NCBI GenBank assembly: GCA_963707955.1
Contig: OY970176.1
Coordinates: 1,696,001-1,760,000, forward strand
Origin: Candidatus Bathyarchaeota archaeon
Lineage (GTDB): Archaea; Thermoproteota; Bathyarchaeia; Bathyarchaeales; Bathycorpusculaceae
DNA length: 64,000 nucleotides
Direction of reading: 5' to 3'
The notes beneath the pieces are model-generated. The model ran no database searches, had not been told where the DNA came from, and saw nothing but the letters and a program-made list of their open reading frames with translations. Both the position numbers and the translations under genes were made by a program. Positions within the stretch are counted from its first letter, which is position 1. Every line of letters starts with the position of its first letter. Below, piece after piece: positions 40,628 through 50,301 of the stretch.

Positions 40628-41647
40628 ATGAAGGTTAAGGCACGAAGAGGCTACTGCTTAGGAATCGAATCAACGGCTGACGACTTCAGCGTTGGAGTGT
40701 TGACGTTTGACGGTGAAATACTGGCGAACGTGATAGACGCTTACGTGCCGATTGAAGGTGGCATCCATCCGCGAGAGGCGGCCAGGCATCATGCTGACGT
40801 GGCGAGTAAAGTTCTTCGAGAGGCTTTCGCAAAATCTGGGATAAGGCCGAAAAGCTTGTCTGTCTTGGCGTTTTCTCAGGGTCCAGGTTTAGGTCCGTGT
40901 CTGCGCACTGGAGCAACTGTGGCCCGGGCTTTAGCATCTTACTTGGGCATTCCGCTTGTCGGAGTGAACCATTGCATAGCGCACATTGAGATAGGTAAGC
41001 TTAGAGCTGGCGCCAAGGACCCTGTGACGCTGTATGTTTCTGGCGGCAACACGATGGTCGCAGCCTTTGAATCTGGGCGTTACCGGGTTTTCGGCGAGAC
41101 GTTGGACATCGCTCTGGGAAATTGCCTTGATGTTTTCGCGAGGGAGGCAGGGCTGCGTCAAAGTGCAGGCATGCCGTTTGGTGCTGTGATAGAGAAGCTC
41201 GCGTTAGACGGGAAGAAGTTGATTGCGTTGCCCTACGCGGTTAAGGGCATGGATGTGTCCTTGAGTGGTCTGTTAACGGCGTCCGTTGCTCTGCTTAAGA
41301 AGGCAGACTGCAGGCTTGAGGACCTATGCTACAGTCTTCAGGAAACGGCTTTTTCGATGGTGACCGAGGTGACTGAAAGGGCTCTTGCTCACACTGGGAA
41401 GAAGGAGCTTCTCTTGACTGGCGGCGTGGCTGCTAACAGAAGGTTGCAGTCGATGATCAGAGCCGTGGCCGAGGAGCATGGCGTCAGGTTCGAAACGGTG
41501 GAGACGCAGTTTGCGGTGGACAACGGTGCGATGATTGCTTGGACTGGGGCTCTGGCTTACACTCATGGTGTTGTTACGCCGGTGGAGAAGAGTTTTGTCA
41601 GGCTGAGGTGGCGGCCTGAAGAGGTTGAAGTTCCGTGGGCAGAGTGA
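40628..41647 (+). CDS. kae1: tRNA N6-threonylcarbamoyltransferase Kae1
   Basis: LGIEST, GGIHPREAA, GPGLGPCL, VNHCIAHIE, DNGAMIA. Confidence 0.96.
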   Translation: MKVKARRGYCLGIESTADDFSVGVLTFDGEILANVIDAYVPIEGGIHPREAARHHADVASKVLREAFAKSGIRPKSLSVLAFSQGPGLGPCLRTGATVARALASYLGIPLVGVNHCIAHIEIGKLRAGAKDPVTLYVSGGNTMVAAFESGRYRVFGETLDIALGNCLDVFAREAGLRQSAGMPFGAVIEKLALDGKKLIALPYAVKGMDVSLSGLLTASVALLKKADCRLEDLCYSLQETAFSMVTEVTERALAHTGKKELLLTGGVAANRRLQSMIRAVAEEHGVRFETVETQFAVDNGAMIAWTGALAYTHGVVTPVEKSFVRLRWRPEEVEVPWAE

Positions 41648-42309
41648 GTTCGCCAGTGTTGATCATGAAGGGGGCTGAGGCTAATCTCTACCTTGCAGAT
41701 TGGCATGGCAGAAGGGCAGTGATGAAGAAACGTCTGCCCAAGGAGTACAGGCCGCAGAAGCTTGATGAGCAGATTCGCAGGTACAGAACGATTCATGAGC
41801 CGCAGTTGATGCATGAGGCAAAGAGGGCTGGCGTGCCAACGCCGATGATCTTTCTGGTCGACGTGAAGAACACGACGATAATCATGGAGTACATCGAAGG
41901 AAAACAGGTGAAACAGCTGCTGAATGCGATCTCTGAGGGTGAGAGACAACGCTTGTGCTTCAGGATTGGCCAGTTGATAGCGAAACTTCACGAGTGCGGC
42001 TTGATCCATGGCGATTTGACCACGTCGAACATGATTGCAGGCTCAAGCAGGAGGGTTTTCTTCGTGGACTTCGGGCTTGGCGACAGGAGCGGAGAGGTTG
42101 AGGCGAGGGGCGTTGACCTGCACTTGATGAAGAGGGCCCTTGAAAGCACGCATTACGAATTCGCTGAGACTTGTTTTAAGTCTGTTTTGGCCGGTTACGA
42201 AGGCGTGTTAGGCGCGGGAGCAGCAAAAAGTGTTTTAGACAAAATCAGGGAAATAGAGAGGAGGGGACGCTATGTCGCGGAGAGGAAACAGGAAGAGTCT
42301 TCAGCTTAA
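41644..42309 (+). CDS. bud32: KEOPS kinase Bud32
   Basis: KGAEA, HGDLTTSN, DFGL, VDLHL, IERRGRY. Confidence 0.95.
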   Translation: MSSPVLIMKGAEANLYLADWHGRRAVMKKRLPKEYRPQKLDEQIRRYRTIHEPQLMHEAKRAGVPTPMIFLVDVKNTTIIMEYIEGKQVKQLLNAISEGERQRLCFRIGQLIAKLHECGLIHGDLTTSNMIAGSSRRVFFVDFGLGDRSGEVEARGVDLHLMKRALESTHYEFAETCFKSVLAGYEGVLGAGAAKSVLDKIREIERRGRYVAERKQEESSA

Positions 42310-42877
42310 AGGCCGCGTCATATTCTTTGCAACGAACAACGTTAACAAGTTCGATGAAGCCCGCCGGGTCCTAGCCGAATACAACGTAGCCGTTGGCATG
42401 CTAAGAGTGAAGTCGCTTGAGATTCAAAGTGAACGCCTCGAAGACATTGCCAAAGCAAGCGTCTTGAATGCTTTTGACAAATGTCGTCTGCCAATCATAG
42501 TGGAGGATGCCGGCTTGTTTATAGACGCTCTGAATGGTTTTCCAGGCCCCTACGCCGCTTACACGTACAAAACCGTTGGAAACCAAGGTCTGTTGAGACT
42601 GATGAAGAACGTCAAAGCCAGAAGGGCACACTTTGAGTCCGCGGTTGCATACTTCTCAGCGGAGCTGCAGTCGCCGGTCTGTTTTCACGGCGAAGTGATC
42701 GGAGAAATAGCGGATGAAGAGAAAAGGGGAAGCGGCAGGTCTGGCTTCGGTTTCGACCCGATCTTCAAGCCGCTGAGTAGCAGTAAGACTTTCGCTGAGA
42801 TGGGCATCACGGAGAAGAACGAGCATTCGCATAGGGCAAGAGCTTTACGAAAATTCGCAGAGTGGTACAAGAGCTAG
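42272..42877 (+). CDS. XTP/dITP diphosphatase (Ham1/RdgB family)
   Basis: ATNNVNK, EDAGL, GFPGPY, FGFDPIF, SHRARA. Confidence 0.95.
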   Translation: MSRRGNRKSLQLKGRVIFFATNNVNKFDEARRVLAEYNVAVGMLRVKSLEIQSERLEDIAKASVLNAFDKCRLPIIVEDAGLFIDALNGFPGPYAAYTYKTVGNQGLLRLMKNVKARRAHFESAVAYFSAELQSPVCFHGEVIGEIADEEKRGSGRSGFGFDPIFKPLSSSKTFAEMGITEKNEHSHRARALRKFAEWYKS

Positions 42878-42896
42878 AGTGCTTCAGCCTCAGCCA

Positions 42897-43346
42897 GCGC
42901 GCGCGCCTACGCACGTCTGCATAAGTATTGACCCAGCAGCGGACTACGCCACAAGGTTCGTGCAGTACAACGCACACGAGTGCACGCTAGATGAGGCTCT
43001 TGAGGCGCTCAGAACGAGCCATGGAGGCGGGCTGGTGCATATGGCTTACACGATGAAAGGCGAGGATCGTGTTTCATTAGTCTGTAGTTGCTGCCCCTGC
43101 TGTTGCCACACGTTGGGCGGGCTTTTGCGCCACGGCATAGCCACTCAAGTTCTAACGTCCCGATTCATCGCGGAGCAAGACTATGACAGATGCAAAGCGT
43201 GCCGCAAGTGTGCGGACCGATGCGTTTTCGGAGCCCGAGACTTCATAGAAGGCAGACTTCAGTATGACCATTCCAAGTGCTTTGGCTGCGGCCTCTGCGT
43301 CTCAACCTGTCCTACAAGCGCGATAACTCTTGCGCCCCGACGATAG
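42897..43346 (+). pseudogene. 5'-truncated 4Fe-4S dicluster protein
   Basis: CSCCPCCC and two CxxCxxCxxxC motifs. No convincing start; recognisable sequence begins at the (GC)5 tract. Confidence 0.65.
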
Positions 43347-43705
43347 CAGCTTTCGCCAGCACTTCCTGCATTTTGAGAACCCTGAAGAGTTCAACTTGAA
43401 GATAAACGGTTTCCTTTCGAAACAAACAGCATAGGCCTTTGAGCCCGCAAAATGTTGGTTGGTTGGGGTGAAGTTTTGTCCCAAACCCGAGGCTTTGATT
43501 CGGTGATTGCAACCTTGAATGGTTGTTGAAATTGTGTGATTTCTCTTATCGTGAGTTTCCTTTATCACTATGTCTTGAAGGGCTTTGGATATTCAAAAGG
43601 GATTAAAGATTTGCTGATACTCTAGTGCAGGGTAAATGTGCCCTATTCTTTCGTCTCAGCGCGCGGTATCGCGCTAGCACAAAGAAAAAAAGGATGGTGG
43701 TTGGT

Positions 43706-44209
43706 TTACTCCGCGAGTTTCTTTTTTAAGAATTCTCTTCGGTCTTTTCTGTTTAGTTTTTCGATTTCTGCTTTGTGTTTTTCGCGAATCAGTTTCAGCT
43801 TGCAATTGGTGTACAGCGCATCATACACGGGGCTTGCCTTAGCGATGGTTTCATAATCGTCTTTTGATACAATGCCAAAACCGGTCATAATGGCTTCCAT
43901 TCCTGCGGATTCGGCAGCCATCTCCATTTTGTCCGTGTCGGCAGCTCGGACGATTTTTGCCAACTCCAGGACTGCAGGATCCTTTACCTTATACTTGTCT
44001 ATAATAGCGTCGAAACTGCACTTGTCTCCGTGATGTCCGAGTTCGACTCCTGGCGCATCGTAGGGTATTGCCTTCTCTTTTTTGACGGTTTCTTCAATTT
44101 TTTCTACGGGAACGAAGAGGAATTCGGCTTTCGGGTCTATGAATCGTTTTATTAACCATGGGCATGCGGTTCTGTCCACGTGCACGAATAGTCTTGTTAC
44201 CCACTTCAT
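43706..44209 (-). CDS. Chromate resistance protein ChrB-like
   Basis: MKWVTR..HVDRTACPWLIKRFIDPKAEFLFV, HHGDKCSFD. Confidence 0.88.
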   Translation of the reverse strand: MKWVTRLFVHVDRTACPWLIKRFIDPKAEFLFVPVEKIEETVKKEKAIPYDAPGVELGHHGDKCSFDAIIDKYKVKDPAVLELAKIVRAADTDKMEMAAESAGMEAIMTGFGIVSKDDYETIAKASPVYDALYTNCKLKLIREKHKAEIEKLNRKDRREFLKKKLAE

Positions 44210-44223
44210 GCTTTTCGTCAACA

Positions 44224-44433
44224 CTATTTGGCTTTCAATTCTTTGATGCGTTCCTGCACTGCTGCAAGCTCGTTCTTCAGTTCTTGTGCGTACTCTTCTA
44301 GTTTCTTGGTTTTCTCTTCTTTCGTTAGAAAGCGGCGAGTGAACTGCCCATATCCTTGATGGCCTTCGTGCCAACAATGCCTGCCATACCCATGGTGTTC
44401 TTCGCCATGTTCTTCACGCATACTTTTTTTCAC
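44224..44433 (-). CDS. Small His-rich/coiled-coil hypothetical protein
   Basis: RRFLTKEEK..LEEYAQELKNEL..ERIKEL; GAGG upstream. Confidence 0.65.
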   Translation of the reverse strand: MKKSMREEHGEEHHGYGRHCWHEGHQGYGQFTRRFLTKEEKTKKLEEYAQELKNELAAVQERIKELKAK

Positions 44434-44521
44434 ACCCTCTTATGCAGATTAACTACTTATCACAGTAGAATATCTATTTGCATAAGTTTAACGTCAAGAT
44501 GAGTTCAAGCTGGTTTGCGGC

Positions 44522-45760
44522 ATGAATATTACGTCTGACAAAGTGGGAAAAGCCGTTTTTTGGACACTGTGCGTAATGGGAGTCTTTGCAATCCTTAGCT
44601 CGACAATGTCCAAGACTCTGCTTAACCCCTTTGCCATTACGCTGGGCACGCCTACTGATTGGTCAGGCTTTGTGGGTGCAGCTTCAACGATACCTGGCAT
44701 TCTGGTCAGTCTCCCTGCGTCTTCGCTTTCCGACATTTATGGCAGAAAGAAGTTCCTACTAGTATCAGGCTTCGTGTTTGCAACCGCACCTTTCTTCTAC
44801 CTTTTCATATCAACATGGTGGCAGCTCATACTCGTCAGGTTCTACCACGGGTTTGCAACTGCCATCTTCGTTCCCGTGGCCGAAGCTTCGATGGCCGAGT
44901 TGTTTCCGTCCCAGCGGGGGGAACGCATATCACTCTTCACGTCTGCAACGTACGTCGGCAGAAGCATCGCACCTTTCCTCGGCGGATACATACTGTTCAG
45001 CACCGCAAGTACTTCTGACCCTCTGTACAACTATCACGTCATGTACCTTGCAGTCGCAGCGGCTGGGCTGGCTGCCTTCGTCATGGCACTGCTGTTTCTA
45101 GCTGAGAGAAAGCCACCCATGGTCGCGGCGTCGAGAAAGCAAGATACTTTAAGGCGGATCTACGTTGGCTGGGGCGCTTTGGCCAAGAATCGTGCCGTGC
45201 TGACTGTCAGTTTTGTGCAAGCCAGCTTGTACTACTCATTCGGCGTAGTGGACTACTTTCTCTCTGGATACTTGAAGGATACACTGCATTTTGACTTCTT
45301 CTCGACGGCCGCTGTTTCGGGCAGCATAATCGTGCTTGCGATCTTCGTCAGAGCTTACATGGGAAGAGTCTCGGACAGAACGGGAAGACGGACACCGATA
45401 ATCGTTGGTCTATTAGTGTGTTCCGCCCCGCTGATAGCGTTGCCATACACTTCGGACCTTAGGATAATCTTGCTGCTCTCGCTCGTGTACGGGTTCGGCT
45501 TCGCTACGGCCACAGCATCCACGTGTCCTCTGATGACAGAGCTTGCTCCGAGCCAATTGGTTGGCACTTCAACGGGTTTTCTGGACACGATGATGGATGT
45601 GGGGCAGACAATTGGCCCTATAGTCGGCGGGTTCATCCTTGGAACGAGCTTTGGATACTTTGGCCTATTTCTGTCGCCCACTCTGGTCCTGCTCTCTGCT
45701 TGCCTAGTCTTTGTGCTGTCAGGAGTTGCGAATAGAAGAATCAACCGCGTTGAGGTCTAA
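44522..45760 (+). CDS. MFS transporter
   Basis: About 12 TM helices; motif A SLSDIYGRKK and GRVSDRTGRR. Confidence 0.92.
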   Translation: MNITSDKVGKAVFWTLCVMGVFAILSSTMSKTLLNPFAITLGTPTDWSGFVGAASTIPGILVSLPASSLSDIYGRKKFLLVSGFVFATAPFFYLFISTWWQLILVRFYHGFATAIFVPVAEASMAELFPSQRGERISLFTSATYVGRSIAPFLGGYILFSTASTSDPLYNYHVMYLAVAAAGLAAFVMALLFLAERKPPMVAASRKQDTLRRIYVGWGALAKNRAVLTVSFVQASLYYSFGVVDYFLSGYLKDTLHFDFFSTAAVSGSIIVLAIFVRAYMGRVSDRTGRRTPIIVGLLVCSAPLIALPYTSDLRIILLLSLVYGFGFATATASTCPLMTELAPSQLVGTSTGFLDTMMDVGQTIGPIVGGFILGTSFGYFGLFLSPTLVLLSACLVFVLSGVANRRINRVEV

Positions 45761-46076
45761 TGTAGAGCGCGCGTCTGGGACGATTGGGATAAGGAAGCTA
45801 TCAGACTTGACTTTGACGATGGGCACTTTAGAATAAAGCGCGCGCATTCTTCTCCAACGCACTCCGTGTTCATGTATGATGGTATAGGTATGGATGTATG
45901 TGTAGGTGTAGGAGAAGGAGTGAGCGTGGTCAGAGTGGAGCAGCTGGTCACAGAGTGGAGTAGGGACCCTAGGCAGTGGTTGAGCATGAAATATGACTTT
46001 ACTTTAAACCCAGACCCCAAAACAATTATTTAACAAGCCCGCGCCTTAATAAAAAAATGGAAATATTTGTTGGTTT

Positions 46077-46745
46077 TTAGACCCGTGTTGGCGTTGGCGG
46101 TGGAGGAGCCATTGTTGCTACAGGTTGTTCTGGTTGAGGTTTTATTTGGTAAAAGGCAATCGCAATCAATAGTATAGCGATCCACATTAGGAGGAAACCT
46201 ATGAGAATTATTGATAGAAATGCACCTATGAGTAGCAGTAGAGCTGCAGTTGAGAATAAACCTACGCTTGTTTTTGCTGAAAGAGTCTTTAGTGATCGTC
46301 TAGCAAAGAAAGCTGCAATTATAGCAAAAATCCACAATATAAATAATACTAAGAGTACTGATCCAACTATGGGCAAGACGTCACTTGTTTTTAAATTCGA
46401 GGTGGTTGGTGTTAACCCTGAGAGCGTTGACCACTTGCCGTCCCAAGTTGGAAAGATTTTGTGTAGGAAATCCGTTAGGATGGATGTGTAAAAAAACAGA
46501 TAAACGATTACTGCTCCTGCAATTACGATGCCTACTATGCCTGCGACTAAGCCGTATATGGAATTGTTGGTTATTCCGCTTTCCTTGTAATAGTCTGCAA
46601 AACCATGCAGAGCAACCAGAACGAGTATCAAGCCGACGAGTGCAATTATTCCCAGAAAAGGTTGACCGCCCGGTATTGGTATAAGTCCTATGAACATCAG
46701 TATTGCGCCTATGCCGCCTAAGTTCTTGCTTGATTCAAGATTCAT
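46077..46745 (-). CDS. DUF996-family membrane protein
   Basis: KNLGGIGAIL, LFSTAALL..IGA..IILIG..IAIAF; AT-rich. Confidence 0.8.
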   Translation of the reverse strand: MNLESSKNLGGIGAILMFIGLIPIPGGQPFLGIIALVGLILVLVALHGFADYYKESGITNNSIYGLVAGIVGIVIAGAVIVYLFFYTSILTDFLHKIFPTWDGKWSTLSGLTPTTSNLKTSDVLPIVGSVLLVLFILWIFAIIAAFFARRSLKTLSAKTSVGLFSTAALLLLIGAFLSIILIGFLLMWIAILLIAIAFYQIKPQPEQPVATMAPPPPTPTRV

Positions 46746-46795
46746 CGTTTTTTCCTCTAGTTTTTTGTCATCTTATTTAAAATAAAAGCTTTTTC

Positions 46796-46957
46796 ATGCC
46801 TTGGGTCAACGTAGATGAATCCATTTTCAACGACGTGAACGATGAGTTTCTTGTGAAAGTAGCATAGACATTAGAAGAGGCGACCAAATTACTTGAGGTC
46901 GACTTTGGATACGTGACTGAAATGGATGGAAAGATGCTGTTCAAGAAGAGGAAGTGA
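46796..46957 (+). pseudogene. Remnant C-terminus of an archaeal tyrosine integrase-like protein
   Basis: DEFLVKVA*TLEEATKLLEVDFGYVTEMDGKMLFKKRK* with an internal stop; resembles, from memory, the tail of TACK-group integrases. Confidence 0.55.
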
Positions 46958-47039
46958 ATGAAGGCGGCGGTCACTTTTGAAAAAGAATGGCTACTTTTAA
47001 ATATGCGTGCGCCCTCGCTGATACAGGTTCAAGGGATTA

Positions 47040-47483
47040 GTGATGCCCAAGCAGGAAAAGGGAAAGTCGCATCAGACGAGGCCTGTCGGCAAGCGGGCTC
47101 CGAGCTGGTGCAAGTATCAGCCTGAGGAAGTGGAGGCCCTCATCGTCAAGCTGGGCAAGGAGGGGCAATCGCCGAGCAGGATAGGGACGATCCTGAGGGA
47201 CCAGCATGCGATTCCCTTGTCGAAGCCGATAACCGGTAAGAGAGTTTTAGAGGTGCTCAAGGAGAACGAGCTGGCTCCATCATTACCTGAGGACTTGGCA
47301 AGTCTGCTTAACAAGGCTCACAGTCTGGGGCTTCACTTGGAGAAGAACAGGACCGACCTTTACAACAGAAGGGCGCTTCAGCTGATTGAAGCGAAGGTCC
47401 ACAAGCTCTCGAGGTATTATAAGCGTGAAGGTCTCTTGCCGCAGACGTGGAAGTACGAACCCAAAATAGCTTCAATAACCTGA
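47040..47483 (+). CDS. rps15: 30S ribosomal protein S15 (uS15)
   Basis: GKSHQTRP, SRIGTILRDQHAIP, PEDL, EAKVHKLSRYYK; TTTTAAATA at 46995. Confidence 0.96.
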   Translation: MMPKQEKGKSHQTRPVGKRAPSWCKYQPEEVEALIVKLGKEGQSPSRIGTILRDQHAIPLSKPITGKRVLEVLKENELAPSLPEDLASLLNKAHSLGLHLEKNRTDLYNRRALQLIEAKVHKLSRYYKREGLLPQTWKYEPKIASIT

Positions 47484-48423
47484 ACATCCCCGTTTTCCTA
47501 GCGTTTTCTAGCAGACATATCTGCTGGCGGCCTATGAAATGTGCAGTTTAAATCTTTAAATTCTCTCCTTTCAAAATCACTTTAGCCCGCTCACATTTAG
47601 AATGTTGTATTTTCCCATTTCAAATCTGTTCGAAGTGTCTTATCTCTCCATTTCCATTTTATAGAGAAGAAACTAAATTCTTCTCCGCGGTATGGACATG
47701 TTTTCTTAGTCATGTTTTCCACTATCGCGTGCGCTAAGCATGTACTAGTCGTCGTGGTCCCGGTCATGTGGAAACGTCGGATCATCGAACAGCATTAACC
47801 CGCCACTTCTAAGTCTTCTAGTCCTAGATCTTCTATCTCAGGTTCTTCCATGGCTTCCTGAAAACGGACTTTGCGCGCGCGACAGAGTTTTAAATAACAA
47901 CCGCAAAGAATATTGCGGAAGGTTGAGGGGGAAGGGCATATTTGTTTTCCCTTTCCTTTCTCCCGTTGCCTTTTTCCCTCTCCCTTCTCCTTCTCGTGCA
48001 ATCTTGACAATGAGGTTGCGCGCTATATGGCTTATGGAAGATAGTTCTAGAAGAATCATCTATTCAAGTCTAATTCAAGTTTACACAATGAGCGCGCGTT
48101 GTACCATCAAGAGCGCATACGGAGTGAGTGTCAGTGAGCGATGCGTTTCGATGACAATTCGCCAAAAGACGGTCAACTCTCTCCTTGATATGCTAATCCC
48201 ATGCGTTTCATGAATTCGCGCGCGATAAATCTGACCAGGATGAAGCTAATTGCGGCCGAAACGAACTTCGCTAGGGGCAAAGCCGTGCTAGCCATGTTTC
48301 TAAATAGACATGGTGACATAGTATCTTGTTTTCGCGCGCGTCAGACTCACGTATCGTGCAAAATACTTAAATAGCCCTAAGGATCCAATTGTATATTGCC
48401 AGACAAAGGGGAGAAAGGTAATT

Positions 48424-49934
48424 ATGAAGAGTCGTAAGACTGATGCTGTAGTATTGATTATCACCGTTATAATATTGGTAAGCACAATGGCAGTTTTTCG
48501 TGCCCATGGGGCATTCGCTCCTTGGCAAGGTTACGTTAAACCTGCATTCCCAGATTACGCTCCCAGCGGTATGCCGGATTTCGACGAGAAGCAGCCCCAG
48601 TTTACCACTGACGTAGGACACGTGCAATATTCTTGGTGTGTTCCAGTAGCTGTTGCAGATTCACTGTGGTGGCTTGACTCAGAAGGCGAATCAATAAACT
48701 ACTCGACTCCGGTACCTCCTCCAACGATTAGCGATCACTACAGCTTGGTAACTTCTTATGGTGGTTTGTGGGACGATCATGACCCCCAGAACGTTTTTGG
48801 ACTTGTCCCTGAATTGGCCGTGGACATGCACACAGATGGCATAGGAGTAGGCGGAGGCTATGTCGGGACGAGATACGCGGATATTCAGCCTGGGATTAAT
48901 ACCTACCTAACAAATCATGGTGTAGCCGGATTGTTCGAGGTTCATGGAGCGGATTTTGCCAACTTCAACTGGGTTGACCAACAGGTGGAGGCGTGTCAGG
49001 ACGTTGAGCTTTGTCTTGAATTCTGGTACTTCACCGGAAATGGTTGGCAACCGATTACAACACCAATCTTTGAATTGGGTCACTGCGTGACTTGCGCTGG
49101 CGTCAACTCCACAACAAGCCAAGTGCTTGTTAGCGACCCCTATTATAACGCCTTCGAAGCTGGTCTGGTTCCGGGACGCTCACCCGTCCCGCACGTAGAC
49201 ATCAGCACAAGTCTGACCACAACAATGCAACACTAGTGTCGCAAGATGCCTACAACGTGGTGCCATTCGTTTTTCCACCCGTGCTAACACCGCCTGGGTA
49301 CCCAGGGATGGTGTGGGAGTTGCAGAACTATCTGCAAATCAATGGCTTTACCATAGACCCGAACTGGCACGCTTTCATAAGAGGGGCGATTGCAACCTCA
49401 CCAATCCCAGTCCACGACGTAGCGGTCACGAACCTTACGACCTGCAAGGATGGATGTTTACCCTTTCGAACAGTTTCCCAAGGCTACACTGCACACGTGA
49501 ATGTGACTGTCGCCAACCACGGTAACGTGCCCGAGACTTTCAACGTAACTGCATACGCAAATGCCACTCTGATAGGCACCCAACAAGTCACCGGATTAGG
49601 TCCGACCAACATGTTTTCTCTCACGTATACATGGAACACAACTGGTTTCGCGCTTGGCAACTACACGTTGAGCGCCTACGCTTGGCCTGTTCTAGGAGAG
49701 ACGAACACGTCAAACAACAATTTCACAGACGGCGTAGTGGCAGTCACTATTCCAGGCGACGTTGACGGCAGCGGCAGAGTTGACATGGGCGACATAGTCA
49801 GCCTCTGCACGGCTTTTGGTTCAACACTCGGACAATCAAGGTACGTTGCAAACTGCGACATAGACGATAATCACAAAGTTGACATGGGCGACATAGTCAT
49901 CGCCTGCACCAACTTCGGACACCACTACCCATAG
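48424..49934 (+). CDS. Secreted papain/C39-like peptidase domain plus CARDB-like and dockerin domains, frameshifted near 49200-49212
   Basis: WCVPVAVA (Cys), GHCVT (His), VSDP (Asp). The second ORF continues DHNNATLVSQDAY and ends in a dockerin. Confidence 0.7.
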
Positions 49935-50110
49935 CACGTACAATAACCGCGCAGAACAACATCCTGGATGCTACAACATTCGCTAACGTCTTCCTCGCTG
50001 CGCCTAGCAGTTCTAACTGGAACCCCAACGCGGACACAAACGGCGACGGCATCGTCGACATCTTGGACACAATGATCCTGTCAAACAACTTTCTAAAACA
50101 CTATCCATAA
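49935..50110 (+). pseudogene. Orphan headless dockerin module
   Basis: NILDATTFANVFLAAPSSSNWNPNADTNGDGIVDILDTMILSNNFLKHYP* directly after the stop codon; no start codon. Confidence 0.82.
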
Positions 50111-50301
50111 CCCTTGGTGCCGACATGCGGGCGCGGATCGAAATTTCATGATTGGGAAGTATTCCCAGAGTGAGGCTGGCCACGACGTCCTTTTGCGACG
50201 CGCTCTAAGTCGTCCGCTAGTCCTTTCGTGACAAATATAGAAGTGTTAAAATTACAGATTTGATTAAATACTAAGTAGGGAGAAAGGGAGGAACGAGATG
50301 G

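Noticed and set aside
47520-48400. Short ORFs between rps15 and the dockerin gene
   Set aside because: They overlap, are low-complexity and are unrecognisable. Only the CG tracts were kept as a finding.
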